Shown one piece after another: positions 1-13,400 of a DNA stretch of 64,000 nucleotides (position 1 is its first letter; every line of letters starts with the position of its first letter). Below the pieces are notes generated by a model. It saw only the letters and a list, made by a program, of their open reading frames with translations, did no database searches and was not told the origin of the DNA. The DNA lies in NCBI RefSeq assembly GCF_022539665.2, contig NC_081333.1:12772001-12836000 (forward strand), in the 5' to 3' direction. The translations under genes were made by a program, and so were the position numbers. The DNA comes from Daphnia carinata. Lineage: Eukaryota.

Positions 1-455
1 TTATAATGCTTATGACGGTCTTCAGTATCTGCCCAATTAAAAAGCTTTATTGCCACATTCTCCAAGTGAGCTTGTGCAACAATTTCATCAGAGACTGTCT
101 GGAAGTGGAAAATTTTTATGTTGCTAGTTGTATGTAAGACACAATTAACTTACCTCATTTGATTTCATATTTTGTTTGGCTTTTTCCAACCAATCCATCA
201 AAGCAAGTAAAAATGAAAGGTCTTCTTTTTCTTTTTTAATAGAAAGTCCTGTTTGTAGGGCATGCAATCGGCCTGGAGTAAACAAAATCGAAAAAGCAAT
301 TAGCCAACCTGGAACAAGAGTTCGACCACTGACAGTAAATCATTACACCAATAACTAATGGAAGGGTCTCTGGTTTCGTAATCCATTGCAATCTTAAGGT
401 AATGTTGAATGCTTTTAAGATTCGATGGCAAGGGTGGTAAAGTCGGAGAGGCCAT
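1..455 (-). CDS. VTA1: Vacuolar protein sorting-associated VTA1 homolog, 5' part (continues beyond window)
   Basis: Spliced translation MASPTLPPLPSNLKSIQHYLKIAMDYETRDPSISYW|CRLHALQTGL...LMDWLEK...|TVSDEIVAQAHLENVAIKLFNWADTEDR matches the VTA1 N-terminal MIT region; GT-AG introns; ATG at 455. Confidence 0.93.
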
Positions 456-689
456 GGTGAGTAGACCGCACGATTTGTGTTTGGACGTAAACGTATTTAA
501 TCACATCTATGTCCATATGTGGGATGTCAACATTAATCAACTGCGTTGCCACAAAATTTTTTATTAGAATAAATAATTTTGAACTTGATCTACTCACTTT
601 GCGATTGATTTTAATTTCTTAAACCAAAATCGGGATTTACGTTGGATTGTTCTAGAATATATTTCAATGATAATAAGAAATCAATTGTT

Positions 690-703
690 GTAGTCATGGT
701 TAC
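690..703. promoter_or_regulatory. Putative RFX X-box upstream of TMEM107
   Basis: GTAGTCATGGTTAC (reverse GTAACCATGACTAC), one mismatch to GTHNYY-AT-RRNAAC, ~50 bp upstream of a ciliary gene ATG. Confidence 0.55.
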
Positions 704-755
704 AGCTTGCAGTGCGGGAAAACAAATGCCTTCATAATTGCATAGCTCACTGTGC

Positions 756-1401
756 ATGATGGTTTTAAAAGGTGTTTTTGCAGTTCTCGTTCCAACAAGA
801 TTTCTTACCTTGTTAGCTCATTTTTTTATTCTTGTATGCCTTCTTTGGGATAAAGTAAGCAGTCATCTACTAGTCAATTTTATCAACGGAAGTTATCTTT
901 TTTATCAACTAATTTACACAGGAAGACAACTTGCGTTTGTGTTTGCTCAAGTACAACTCGGAGTACGCCAATTACTTCAACAATGAGTAAAATGGAAAAA
1001 TTTTTACGCCACAATTTCTTTTCTAAGACATACATCAGTTTGTTCTATGCAGATACGTCATCAGCTTGGCGTTAAGTTTAGGCTCAGTCACAGTCGAATT
1101 TTTCGGATTCCTGTCCGGCATATCGATGTTCTCCGAGCTGCATTGTCTGCTATGTACGTTGTTATAATTCTTACACTTTGAAATACTTTTATTACCTAAT
1201 TTCCTTTGTTTATTACATCTTTATTTAGCGAGTGCATGTCATACTGTTGCTGCGTTCACTTGGTCAATATCTTATATTGAGCAATGGGATTGCTCTATCC
1301 CCTACAGCTGGTACATTTTTGTTGTGTGTGTCGGAATTCCATTGTTGTCCGAACTGACCTTGCTCATGGGTTTCATACGACGTGTTAGTAGTTCGCGTTG
1401 A
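756..1401 (+). CDS. TMEM107: Transmembrane protein 107 (ciliary transition zone), 4 exons
   Basis: LVPTRFLTLLAH...|EDNLRLCL...|VEFFGFLSGISMF...|EQWDCSIPYSWYIFVVCVGIP; matches TMEM107 motifs LVPSRFLTLLAH and GFLSGVSMF; TGA at 1399-1401. Confidence 0.9.
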
Positions 1402-1742
1402 TTGTCATTTTAAAATTAAGCAAACCATTCAGAGGTACGTATGAAAGCAGTACACGAATTAACCATCTTCAAGTCCCTGCAGCTCAATATCGAGAAATCT
1501 TTCATTGCTGGCATCGGCTCTACTACGATTCGGTTCGACAGTGGTCTACTACGTTTTTTCTGCCCTTTTTGACAATCCAGAATTGTTTCTATCCTTTAAG
1601 GGAATTTAAAACAATCAAATTTTGAACAGACGAGATTTGATTTTGTTTAGTTTTAGAAATGTACGAAAGGTAGGAACATACAGCAAAAATAACGAAAAAA
1701 GGAGAAGAATTCCAGTACGTTTGGGACGGTCTTCAAATGTTG

Positions 1743-2925
1743 TCACATGAACATGTCGTGTGATCCGGGAGGAGGGAGATGATCGAAATCAGGATCCCCA
1801 AATCCACCACCTCTTGGTCTAGGTTCCCTCACAGGAGGAGTAGTGCCAATTGGTCCAAACGGATCGAAGCGTGCGCCAGGCGGTACAGCACCTAATGTAA
1901 AGAACGGTAAATTTTTAAAGCTCGATTAATTTTACTCTTGTTTCTAGAATAACACGGAAATTGCTATCCACATTTTCATCCTTAGTTTTCTCAAAAACTA
2001 TAGACAAAACTTTCCTTATTTTACAAAGGCAAACTTGATTGCCATAGGTATAATATAGTTTCCAAATACGGGCTTTTCACTAACAAAGTACCTCGAGGAA
2101 GATTTCCTGGTATGCCAGGCTGAGGTCGCCATCCGCCCATATGACGTGGATCCATGAGCATTCCACCCCCAACACCTCGTCCTAATGGATCAAGATCCCC
2201 ACCTCCAACAGCAAAGGGATCCGGAAAAGAGCTATTTGGCGTTTATTTCGATGTACGGCAAATAAATTAAGAAATTAACTATTATTCAGAGACTTGCCTC
2301 CTTGAAGGCATTTCAGCTGGAGGCCTTTGCGCTTTCTCAATGATGGCTGGAGATGCACCAGATTTTTCTGGTTCCACTTTCTCCACAAATGGAATCACCA
2401 ACTCTTTGAGAATTAGATTATACAATTTAACTTTATCCTTGAATGCTTCTCTATATGACTGGAAAACACTTCCAATTACAGTGTCTGTTTCCAGCACTAC
2501 ATTTGTTACTTTCTCATCCTTCATTCGCTAAAAACAATTTTGATACAGGTATTATAGATATCATCAAACAATACAGAAATATTTCTATTTTACCACAAAT
2601 GTAAGGGCAATTTCTCCATCGATAATCACTGCTTTCATCACATGCAACTGCCCATTTTTTACATATTGTAGTTCATAAACATTGTCCTTGTTCCATGTTT
2701 CAGGAAGTATCTCTTTTCCTTCGACATCTCCAACATTCAGTTGGCCCTGTAAGAAAGATAAATTATCACAACATGGGAAGATTATTCTTTTCCACGTACC
2801 TCTTTAGAATGCAAAACAAGAAAGCCATTGCGTAAAAGCATCCAGTGAAGGAAAGTTACGATGCAGTCTTCTTTTTTTAAAGGTCGCGAAGTATGGAAAG
2901 TTGACTCGAGCCACGAAAAATCCAT
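1743..2925 (-). CDS. PSMF1: Proteasome inhibitor PI31
   Basis: N-terminal FP domain (FLHWMLLRNGF, EILPETWN); Pro-rich C-terminus VGGGDLDPLG...GGMLMDP...GAVPPGARFDPFGP...DPDFDHLPPPGSHDMFM*. Confidence 0.93.
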
Positions 2926-4427
2926 TTTTTAAATTTAACTCTTTTGCTGAAACCGTCAGGCTAATTTAAAAGCCACAAAAAGCAGGTTATGAAACGACGT
3001 TTAGCCTTCGCACAACATACGGCATGAGACCTGTAGACTAGGAAGGCCAAAGCAAAACAAAAACGTTGACTGACAACAAACCTAACGAAACATTCACCGT
3101 TGCCAAATGCCGTCTTTCCCATCAAGAAATCACAATTTGGAATTTTAAAAGAATACTGAATACCGAAACATCTGAAATTTTACAGGACGAAAAATTTAGA
3201 CCTGGACACTACCCAACATAAAAATGGGCAAATAGACAGGAAGACAGCTCAATCACCTGTTAATCTTCGGCATTCGAACAGCGCCATAACACAATAGTCT
3301 ACAGAATGAAAAATCACACTGCATGTCCAATATACTACCAACCAATTGGACACTTCTATTCAACCATATTATCATAGACACGACCAGCTAATATTTGACT
3401 GTCACTAAGTTCATCGAAAAATCAACCTTTGCAGCTACAGGCATTGTATGAGAACGACTTCTCAAATCTGTATTGCTAGTATACACTGGTGAATCGAACT
3501 GTCTTGGAGCTAACTTCCTGTTTACGCTTAAAATACATTATTCTTTAAGGACCAGAAACACAATTCACTTTTCATGTGCGTCCGCATTTCTTTGTCTATA
3601 CGATCATGGGACTGTCTTTGTCCAGGTTTACCTTTATGTTTGGTTAACGTTAACAAATTGGCTGTCAACCTTCTACTGCAGTGTATGAATAAATCCCTTC
3701 AAAGTATCAGCCTTACAACAAAAGTTACAAACGTTGCAAACAAAATCGCCCCGTCCACAGCATTTGTAAACGACTGTCTTTCACGTGGAAGGGAAGGAGG
3801 AGCGAGAGCGAGAACGTGGAACTCGACGATTCCAACAGTAAACTGCTCATTTCAATTAGCGAAAGCGCATCCATGAAATTATGGGTTGTTTCTTATCCAT
3901 ATGTAAATCGACCATGCATCTCTTTTGAAATCAACAAATCGCCCCAGGCCCAGCACAATATTTTTTTCTTACACACATACAAAAACAAAAAAAAAGTTCA
4001 AACAGAAAAATGATTTTAAAAATTCCTCTCCTGTTTTTCCATTTGCCAATCAAATGAAACGAAAAGAAAAAAAAACAAACTAACAAATTATTCACACGAT
4101 CCTTTCGCCTCCTCTGACCGATACTTGTTTATGAACACTTGCCCTTCCTTGATGGATTAAAAATAATCCGTCCACGCAATCAATTGAAAGGGGTGTATGA
4201 AAAATAAAGGGGCAAATTCCAACTACAGTCATTAATAAATTCAGCCAGGTGTGCTCTTGGAGCACAAGTTACGCTCAAAAATCAGCTCTCTTCATGTAAT
4301 TAGGGAAGATTGGGGGCGATAAATCCCAACAATCCTCTTCACTTACACGCATGCACACACTGGCCACACCCCTTCACTCACACGTACACTCACACAAATG
4401 CTCCCCAGTATGCTTCTCTTGATAAGG

Positions 4428-7400
4428 TCAGGCATCCGCCTCTTGATCGCTCTCCGGGTCGGCCTCCTTGAGCCACGTCAGGAAGGAAGTGATCGATTTG
4501 AGGGCCACTGCTTTGCCTTCGCGTTCTAAAGGATCATCGACTGACACCCACGAATAAAATCCTTCTTCAGAGACGACGTTACTGTCAAAGAGCGTCTCAA
4601 AGATTCCTTGAATCAAGCCTGCAAATATTCCGTTGTAACGTAAGTTTTTATCTTCTCCTTTTTCTTTTCATTTATAACAGACCTTTGGGATGTTGTCGCT
4701 GAGTGACTAAAGTCTGAACTGCAAATAGCAGTTGAAGCTCGCGTTCAGCAATATTGTCAACGTACCGCCTCAACACTTCAGTCCAGTGTTTGAGAACTGC
4801 GTTATTCAGTTTACTATCAGTACCACGTCCTAGAAATTTAGCAATTTAGAAATTAGATATTAAAGACACTGATTTTTAATAAAAAGAAAACGGATCATAC
4901 CTTCAATGGAACTCTCGGTGACTGCGGTGACCAAGGCACGAATGAAAGCGGAATTAACTTCGCCAACATTTTGTTTCTGTTACATCATAAATAAATGTAC
5001 GTTAATTCTCGCACTCAAATTAGCAAGGAATTACCTGGATCCAACTACAAACGTCATCTGTAGTTAATTGGCTTGCGTCTCTCAAGTATTTTTCCAGGCT
5101 ATGCTGAAAATCGATGTAAACTTGACTGGAGGGAGGTGCATTACTGCTGGATTTTCCAACGCTGCCACTACTCCTTGGTATAGAATCGATTTGAGAAAGG
5201 AACTCCAGTTCCTATTAAATTTTGAAAACGAGAATATTTACATTTAGATTTAAAAAAGAAAAAAAAAAGAATGCGGAACGTACCTTGTGTTGAGCGAGGA
5301 ATGCGTTCGGGTCAACACCGGGTGGTAGCACGGTAGCGAGGGGTGCATTCGACATGATCCATATTCTTTCTGCTCCAGCAATACCCTGACAAAGAAAAAA
5401 TTCACTTGATTTAATGAACACTTAATAATTTCGATACAGTGTTAGCCAAAGTTTAATGTGAAGTAGGCAAGAAATCCCAATTCATTCAGATAGGCAGTAT
5501 TTTGTAGCACCCTAATCTGCCACTAGCAATGATTTTAAGACATCAAAGGCGGAAACGAAGGGTGCAACAGCATGATTTCTGTCGATTGACAACGGCCTAC
5601 CTGTGCTTTGACTAATTCCTTCAGAACTGCAGCTACAAAATTAGCAACCAAGGATGAATTCAAAGTCGACGACAACTGTCCAACGAAGTTCAAATTTATC
5701 ACGCCTTCTTCAAACAGAGGCTCGACCAGTTCAGCCGTGTATTCCCACAGTTTGGGTATGTCCACAAGGAAGTCTTCAGCAGATTGAAGGAGTTCAGAAA
5801 ATCTGGAACAAATCGCATATTAGTTACAAGGGTTCACTACTAAACTTCAATGCGAAAATCTACTTACCCATCAACTATGTCGAAGGATGCGAAAAGTTTT
5901 CTCTTAACCATTTCCTTCAATAAAGTGCCTGTTGCCCTACGTTCCTTTTTGTTACGTTCCAATACATGCAGCAAGCATTGGTTGATGAATTTGGCTACCG
6001 TAGATGAATGCAACCACTCCCTCATGTCGAGAACAGCATCCTGAAGAAATCAAAAAGATAAGTTTTCCCAGGTTTAGAAAACTGAGCCCTTAAAAATAAC
6101 GAAAAAAGAAATTGCCTTTACCTCTATCTTTTCATTTGTAAAGTATTCACCCAAAAGCGAATGAGATTTTCGCTCAATCTCATCATCCGTAACGGTTGAT
6201 TTACCTAATAGTACATCTGCCGCGTTCAAACAAAAATTAAGAAAACGTCCAATATTTGAATTTTATGTTTAATTTCATTACCTTTGGATACTTCACGCGA
6301 CAAAGGCGGCGGCTGAGGTGTCTCGCGAATAGGGCGAGTTACGGAGTTTTCACGTGAAGATTGCTGACTACGTGAACGACCAGCAAAGCCTACATAACAA
6401 AAACAAGTTATAGAAATTGGCAATTCCACATGAAACTAGCTGCATTCAAAATTCGAAAGCGCTTCAGGCCTGTTGAGCTTGATAAACCCCCACAGTGAAA
6501 TTCGGTATCGATTTTGTCATCATTTACGCTTCACAAAGAACTTTTTTTTATAAAAGAAGATCCAAAACGCACCGGTGTTCTGTGAGCGAAGGGAATCTAG
6601 TCCACGATCGCCATCCTTGGGCGGGTAAAAAGCACTTTTCGTGGCTCCAGGCATCGTCCGGTAATCCTGGTTACCACCACGGCCGCTATGGGGTGGGCCG
6701 CCAAGACTAGAGCGTCCCGAGAATGGAGCCTTGCCGCTTTCGTGTTGAGTTCCGGAATCATCTTCTAGGATTTGGTAGCGATTGGATCGAGTATCTTGAG
6801 TTGCACCACTACCAACACTGCCAACCATCGATTGAGACATGCCACCAGACGCTCCTCTACCCCATGAGCCCATTCCTCTACCTCCCGGGCCCAGACTGAT
6901 GACAGTTTGATCAGCATCTCCAGATGCCTAGAAACCAGCAATATTCAAAATGAAACATCAAAGAGAAACAAACGATTCAAAAATAGAAATACCTTAGGTA
7001 TCCGAAGTTGCTTCATATCCAACTTGACGTTGCCACCTCTACTGCCACTGTTCTGGACAGTATTCCAACCATCATCACTAGGACCTGGAGTCAGTAGCAA
7101 ACAAAGCATTTTCCATTAATTAATGAATACAGTGTCAGCGTCTGTTCAACAGCTAAACAACCGCATCAGCCCTGTTGAGCTTGTACTACCATCATCCATA
7201 AATACGGATACAAGTTATTCATCATTCGAGTTTAAATGAAAGAAAAACACTATATTAAAGACTTTGAACTCACGTGACTGTTTCCTATTACGATCATCGC
7301 CTCCACGCCGATCTCCCACCATCCTTCCGTCGCGAGACATGCCACCCATGGAGCCCATATTTCCCTGGAATTGTGGGTTGTTCAGCTCTCTCTCTTGGTC

Positions 7401-10400
7401 CTCGCGCTCCTTATGGACATCTCTGTGAATCTGTTCAATCGTCTTGGGTGCGTTATCATCACGACGTGGTTTCCATCCAGTTTTCCGCAAATCAACTACG
7501 TCTTGGATCATAAACCGTATACGATTTGATATTTTGCGTTTGTTGACAATGGAATCCAGAGTACTAAAATACGAATTCATGGATTCACGATTTGCCTGCA
7601 ATCAGTAAGATGATTAGTTTATTGCAGCCTAGAAAAAATAATAATGAACAAGAAAACAAACCGAGATGGACGTTGATCTTCCTGCGGGTGGTTGCATTGG
7701 AGACTCCAATTCCTTGCCGATTGTGGACAACAACCGGCAGAGGCACTCGAGCGATTCTTCATCTTCAGGTTGACTCAATAACCGAAGTATACACTGATGC
7801 ATAATTTTCACCGAAAGGATTCGCAATTTAAATAATTCTCCAATAAACCTGAAAACCACATTTCCCAGTTAATTTCGAAAATATATTGAAAAAAATTTAA
7901 AGCTTACCTAATGTTCCCTAAAGATTTTCTTCGATTTGAATTGACAAGTTCTTCTAATTCCACTTCCAACTCTTTCTTTTTTGCGTCCTAGACAAGCAAA
8001 GAGGGGAAATTAGTATTGATAACCTAAGAATAAAATATTGTAAGGCCGTTTTACCGATTCAGCCTTTTCGATTTCCTTTTGCTTGTTTGCCACGTCTTTG
8101 AGTCCGGCACTGTCTTTTTCAAACTCTTTCTGGCAACGGGTCAGCAATAGCTTGCGGAAGTTGGTCGTTTCAGCTGGATTTGCTGAAGAAGCCACTTCTT
8201 TTGTCGACAGAGCTTGACACATTTTAGCATATGTAGATGAAAAAATTGGAACAGCAACAGCCTAAAAAATTGAAATGGTTTTTACTACATGAAGTTGATT
8301 CAACAATCTATCAACCGCATACCTTCTCGAAAAACAATTTGATGACTCCAGCTAACCGGTCTTCACTATCAATATCTAAGGCTTGAATCCTCGCCAATAA
8401 TGTGTCAAATTTAGATGGAGTCAACTTGTTCAAAATTCCACGGACGGTTTTTAGCATTTCCTAATCGTAGACGATAATTGTAAGTAGAGCTAAAAACAAT
8501 ATTTTATTTAAATCTACTTCGGTGCTGGCTTTATCAGGGTTCTCTTTTTCTTCCTTGGATTTCGAAGCATGCTTGGGTTTCCAAACATTAGGATCTTCGG
8601 GTCGTTCTTGTCGGATCAATGAGTTCATCAGCTTAATTTCTCTTCTAGGTGGTGGTTGCTGCTGACCCATGCCCTGATCACGACTTCCTTGCTGACTGTT
8701 TCTCTTAGGAAGACCCTATAAATGTTTCCGTACGAGATCAGAACTTGAACTTTCAAAACAAATAAATTTTCGAACCTTTGCTGGCATCATTTTAACAAAA
8801 GTCGGCGTGAAGTCTCCAACAGTAACACCGCGCTTCACAGTTGAACCCTATTAGAAAAAAAAGGCATAAGTTAAAAATCACTTTCAAAATAAAAAGTTTT
8901 CAAAGTAACTGCCTGACGACTTCGTGAATTGCATAGTTTTCAATTACCTTGTCGCGGACAACTTCCAAACTAGGAAGTCCTTCCGGTTTTTTCTGGGAAG
9001 CTGGGTTGCTTTGCAATTCCAACAGAAATTGCCTATCGTAAGTCTTTTTCCCCTCTGGATTAACTGGACTCCATTGATCTGCAAAGGTTAAATATGCATA
9101 CATATGACATTTGTTTTTAAAGAAATTTTATCAATGCTTTCGTATTGGGTAACTTTTAACTTGACCTAATTTTTTTTTACACCTACCGTCCTTGTATGTA
9201 TATTTCAACGACGTCGATTTACCAGGTGCCCGGTTTTCACCATCCTCTGTCGCAGTAATTTGAGGTGTTGTCACCACTGGCTCTATTTCACTAGGGGGAG
9301 GGCTTGATCCTTGCTTATCTAAACCATACATAATTGAATTATTAAAAAATTATTTTTTAATGTTCATCTTATGCAAGATGTACCCCCATTGGTAATCACA
9401 GATTCTGTTTCAACTCCAACTGTGGGGCTCTCCAAAGGCTTTTCGACAACCGATTCTGGAACAACCGGCAAGGGTCGCGGCATTTCCTATAAAGAAAACA
9501 CAAAATTACTATTGTTTGCAAAACACTTGGATAGCACCAAATTACTTTAATTTCGACGTCCATCTTGGAAGAGGAATCGACCACTGGTACTGGATTGATA
9601 GGAGTAGCAACTGGGATATTTGGGGTGGTAGTAGGCACAACATCCTTCTCTTGAACTGGAGACGGAATCTCGACAGCGGCAGCTACAGGTTGGGCAACTT
9701 TAACTTCTTCAACGCTCTGTGGGGGCGGAGGAGTGGGGGGTGTGGGGGTAGAACTCGACTTTGAGGTCTTGCGCCCCTTTTTACCACCCTTCGGATTACC
9801 TCGTCCTAAATTTCACCAAGAAACATTTCAAATTTCGATTAGTACACGATTCTACTAATTGTTCAATCGAACAACTCCTTTTTGGTGGACCGAATGATTC
9901 CTGTTCTGGAATCTTCAAAGGTCCATACACACAACGCCTTTTTAAACCGCTGGGATACTATTTATAGATTATATGCTCTATTGCCTCCCAAGTTAAACTT
10001 AAAAACATGGCGAATAATGAATCCAAGAGCAGCATCTAGGGATATTCACAGTGTAGAGATTGACAAACTATATCCTGATTAGGCAATGTCGAAGGTCAGT
10101 CTGAAACTAAAGTCCTAAAACGGAAGTCTAGCTGTGTTGGCAATTCTACCGTAAACTGAATACTGCATGGAAAGGAAGAGCGGGAGTGTAAGTTCAATGA
10201 CCTGTTTTCGAGATCTTTTGCTATCACGATAAGTGGGCGTGTGAAATACAGCCGCCATACATACTCAATATAATTCTTGAACTAACCTTGAAGAAGGAGC
10301 ATCGCCATCATGCGACACTACCTTATTTGCACTTCTGGGTTTTTCCCAATGAAATCACTGGAGCAGGACGTCTGTTGAGCTTAGGGACATAACAGGGTGG

Positions 10401-13400
10401 GCGATTTAAGAGAAACTAAATCCCATTCAAGAAAAATTCTTTTAAGAATACCGAAAAAACACGAGACCACCGGACCTTCGAAAGTCGTCCAGTCGAATGG
10501 ACCAAGAGATGCGTAACACTACACAAATAGAACGCCCATAGAGGGCAGACGTGGCGCTGTCTGCAAACTCGACGTCACGTTCTCGTCTGCTATTTTCTCC
10601 TTTCCCCGATTGCTTTGCATCGACCCTTTTCATTCCTCGTTGCCCTGTTCTACTTTTTAAAATACAACGTTTCCCCCCCCCCCCACACCATCCGCAAATT
10701 TTTTTTGGTCGAGCTAGTGACCAAATATTGCTTTCGTGAAAATGTCAGCCAGCTAACTGGGTTTACATAGATTTTTTTTTTTTAAACTAACGCAATGTAC
10801 GAGAAATGTTTTACCTTCGCCTTGCTCGGGACTAGGAGCAGTCGAGACGGGAATGGGTGATGCCGTACTGGAAGGCGGCTCACTAACAGAGGGTCCTTCA
10901 CCGTTCTCTGGGGCAACGGGGACGGGTATGACCTCCTTTTCTATGACCGGCACCGGCTGTACCGGTGCTATCGGAGCACTGACTGTTGCTGGCGAAGTTG
11001 GTGTTGTTGACGTCGAAGCCGATGCAGCTACAGTTGGTACTATCTTTTTTTCCACAATTGTTTCTTCAATTACTGCAACGCTTGCATTTTCTGATGGAGA
11101 AGCAGTATTTTCCACGATTGGAGTTGTAGCCGTTTCCTCTACATCTAGAGCGGCTGGAGTAGCCAATGCTGATGGCGCTTCAACCTCATCCACAGCCACT
11201 TGAGGCAGCAAAACAGCATCGGTTGCTGCAATTTCAGGGGGTGTCACAGTGGTTGGAGTAGCTACGGCTGACGGAGGCATTTCCTCACCGGTGAGAATAT
11301 TTCTATTAGTATTAGGGTCAACAATGCGCAGGGCGCTTGTCCTTAGCCTCCGTGATGCTCCAGAGCTTTCACGCAGTTGTGGCGCCGGTTGTGGAGCTAT
11401 CGGGGCTTGCTGTGGCTGTTGGGGTTGCTGGGGCTGCTGCTGCTGCTGGGGCTGTTGTTGTTGAGGCTGTTGGGGTTGGGGCTGCTGCTGTGATGGGTAA
11501 TAAACAGCTGGACAAAAGTAGGAAAATGAAAACCGGAAAGGCGCACTACAACATACGAGATTTTACCTGGCGTGCTCTGCATAGGAAAACTCGGGTAAGG
11601 AGGTGAAGGCCTGTAGCTGTACGTTTGTTGGGCTGCTCGTGGTTGCTGGAACTATTCAAACAGAAAACAAAACGTGATAAAAGGAAAATTTAGGTTACAC
11701 CAGATGTAGAATAAAAATATTTGCCAACGCCACACTTACAGCCTGCCATACGAGACTCGGCATACGAGCAGGTTGCTGTGCAGAATGATACATCCTATTA
11801 CTATTAACCCTTTTGCAACTATAGCCCGATAAAGGCCCTGATGCTTTATACTTGCATTTATCACAGTACAGACTTGAAAGTTAGAACACCAACTGAAGGT
11901 TTTCAACCAACTGACAGAATCCAAGATAGCAAGAGAAAGAAAAGGGTGGTATTATACGAAGACTGGTTTGGCAACTTTTACTTCAGCCATCCCCAACTAT
12001 CACTTTTGGGTCTTCGAGGTCGATCCCCCAAAGCGATAACCATCCCAAGACTTTCTAGAAACGGCACCTAGTGACCCGATGACGAACAAACAACAAAAAG
12101 TTTTTCTGCATTCCATCAGCCAGACCAAAAAGGTTAAGAAACTCACCGACACATTTCCGGGAGGCAGGTTCCCTGACTGTTGGTAATACGCTGGAGGATT
12201 CGCCGGGTACGATAAATAGGGCTGCTATATAATTAAAGAAACGACGGTTGGCGTTCAATTAAGGTATAATGCACATACAAAATTATTAAAATATAAGAAT
12301 TTCTAAGTTTGAGAGAATAGTGTCTTCAATTATTGGTCAAATGACATAAAATTCACTATTATTCTTGTGAAGTTAAAAGCCAATATTAGTGAAACGAGTA
12401 ACTCACTTGATTGTTGAACTGATCTCCAATGACGAAAAGTACAGGTTGCTGTTATACGAAAAGCAGGTATTAACCAACCACCCATTAATAAATATAAGAA
12501 TCAAATACTTACATTCATCGCAGGGTAAGGTATGGCCTGAGCACCATTGGGTGGATGGGTGGGATTAATGGCACCACCTGCCATAGGGGGTCGGGGCATG
12601 TGCTGATTTCCCGGACGTATCGGGCGACCGTAAAACTGGAAAAAAGAAACGTGACATTTAACATATACAGAATAAAAGTTCTACAAATTATTGTATAAGT
12701 AACAAACCTGGTTATTTCCCTGAGTTGGTCTACCCTGCATGGGGCCGGTATGTCCAGCGTTAACCATCGTTAGTTGCTGATTCACTCCCAATGAAGCTGT
12801 AGAAAACATCAAAACAGACATTGAATTTAGAATACTGTATCAGGCTTGACTTGTGTTATAACATGCCAGGAGGAAGAGAATGATGAGCAGACTGGTGGTG
12901 TGGAGGTGTCTGCTTTGACAGGTCGAGTGGACTATGGCCTACAAAACTGCCTGGTGGAGGTCCTTGGGGCATTCCTCCGACAGACGTCTACAAACGACCA
13001 AAACACGATTTTCCAATGTAATGTTCAATGAAAATGCCTATAAATATGAGAGTACAAGCAACATACATTAGAGGCAGCAATAGGTGGGGTTGGACCTGTT
13101 AGCCCAGAAACCAGCGGCAGACGAGGAGGGACTGGTCCAGCACTGGCACCAGCTACATACGGTCCCCCGTAAGCGTACTCTGTAAATATAAAACAATAAA
13201 AGATCAGCTAAATTAATAAAAAGCAAAAGGATATAATGAATTTCATGCCCTAACTAGTAGGAAAATGTGTACATGGTATTACAAACTTTCTCAGTTAATG
13301 ACAACGACTAGATAAACTTAATAGAGCCAAAACATTTTTGATAGCTATACAGGACTTGCAAACATTTGAGTAGACTTTTCAGACAGGTTGACACAAGAGG

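Noticed and set aside
10372..10382. Third copy of the rRNA-antisense 11-mer AAGCTCAACAG
   Set aside because: No CTGA at the required spacing and no box C upstream; better explained as a splice-acceptor region or chance.
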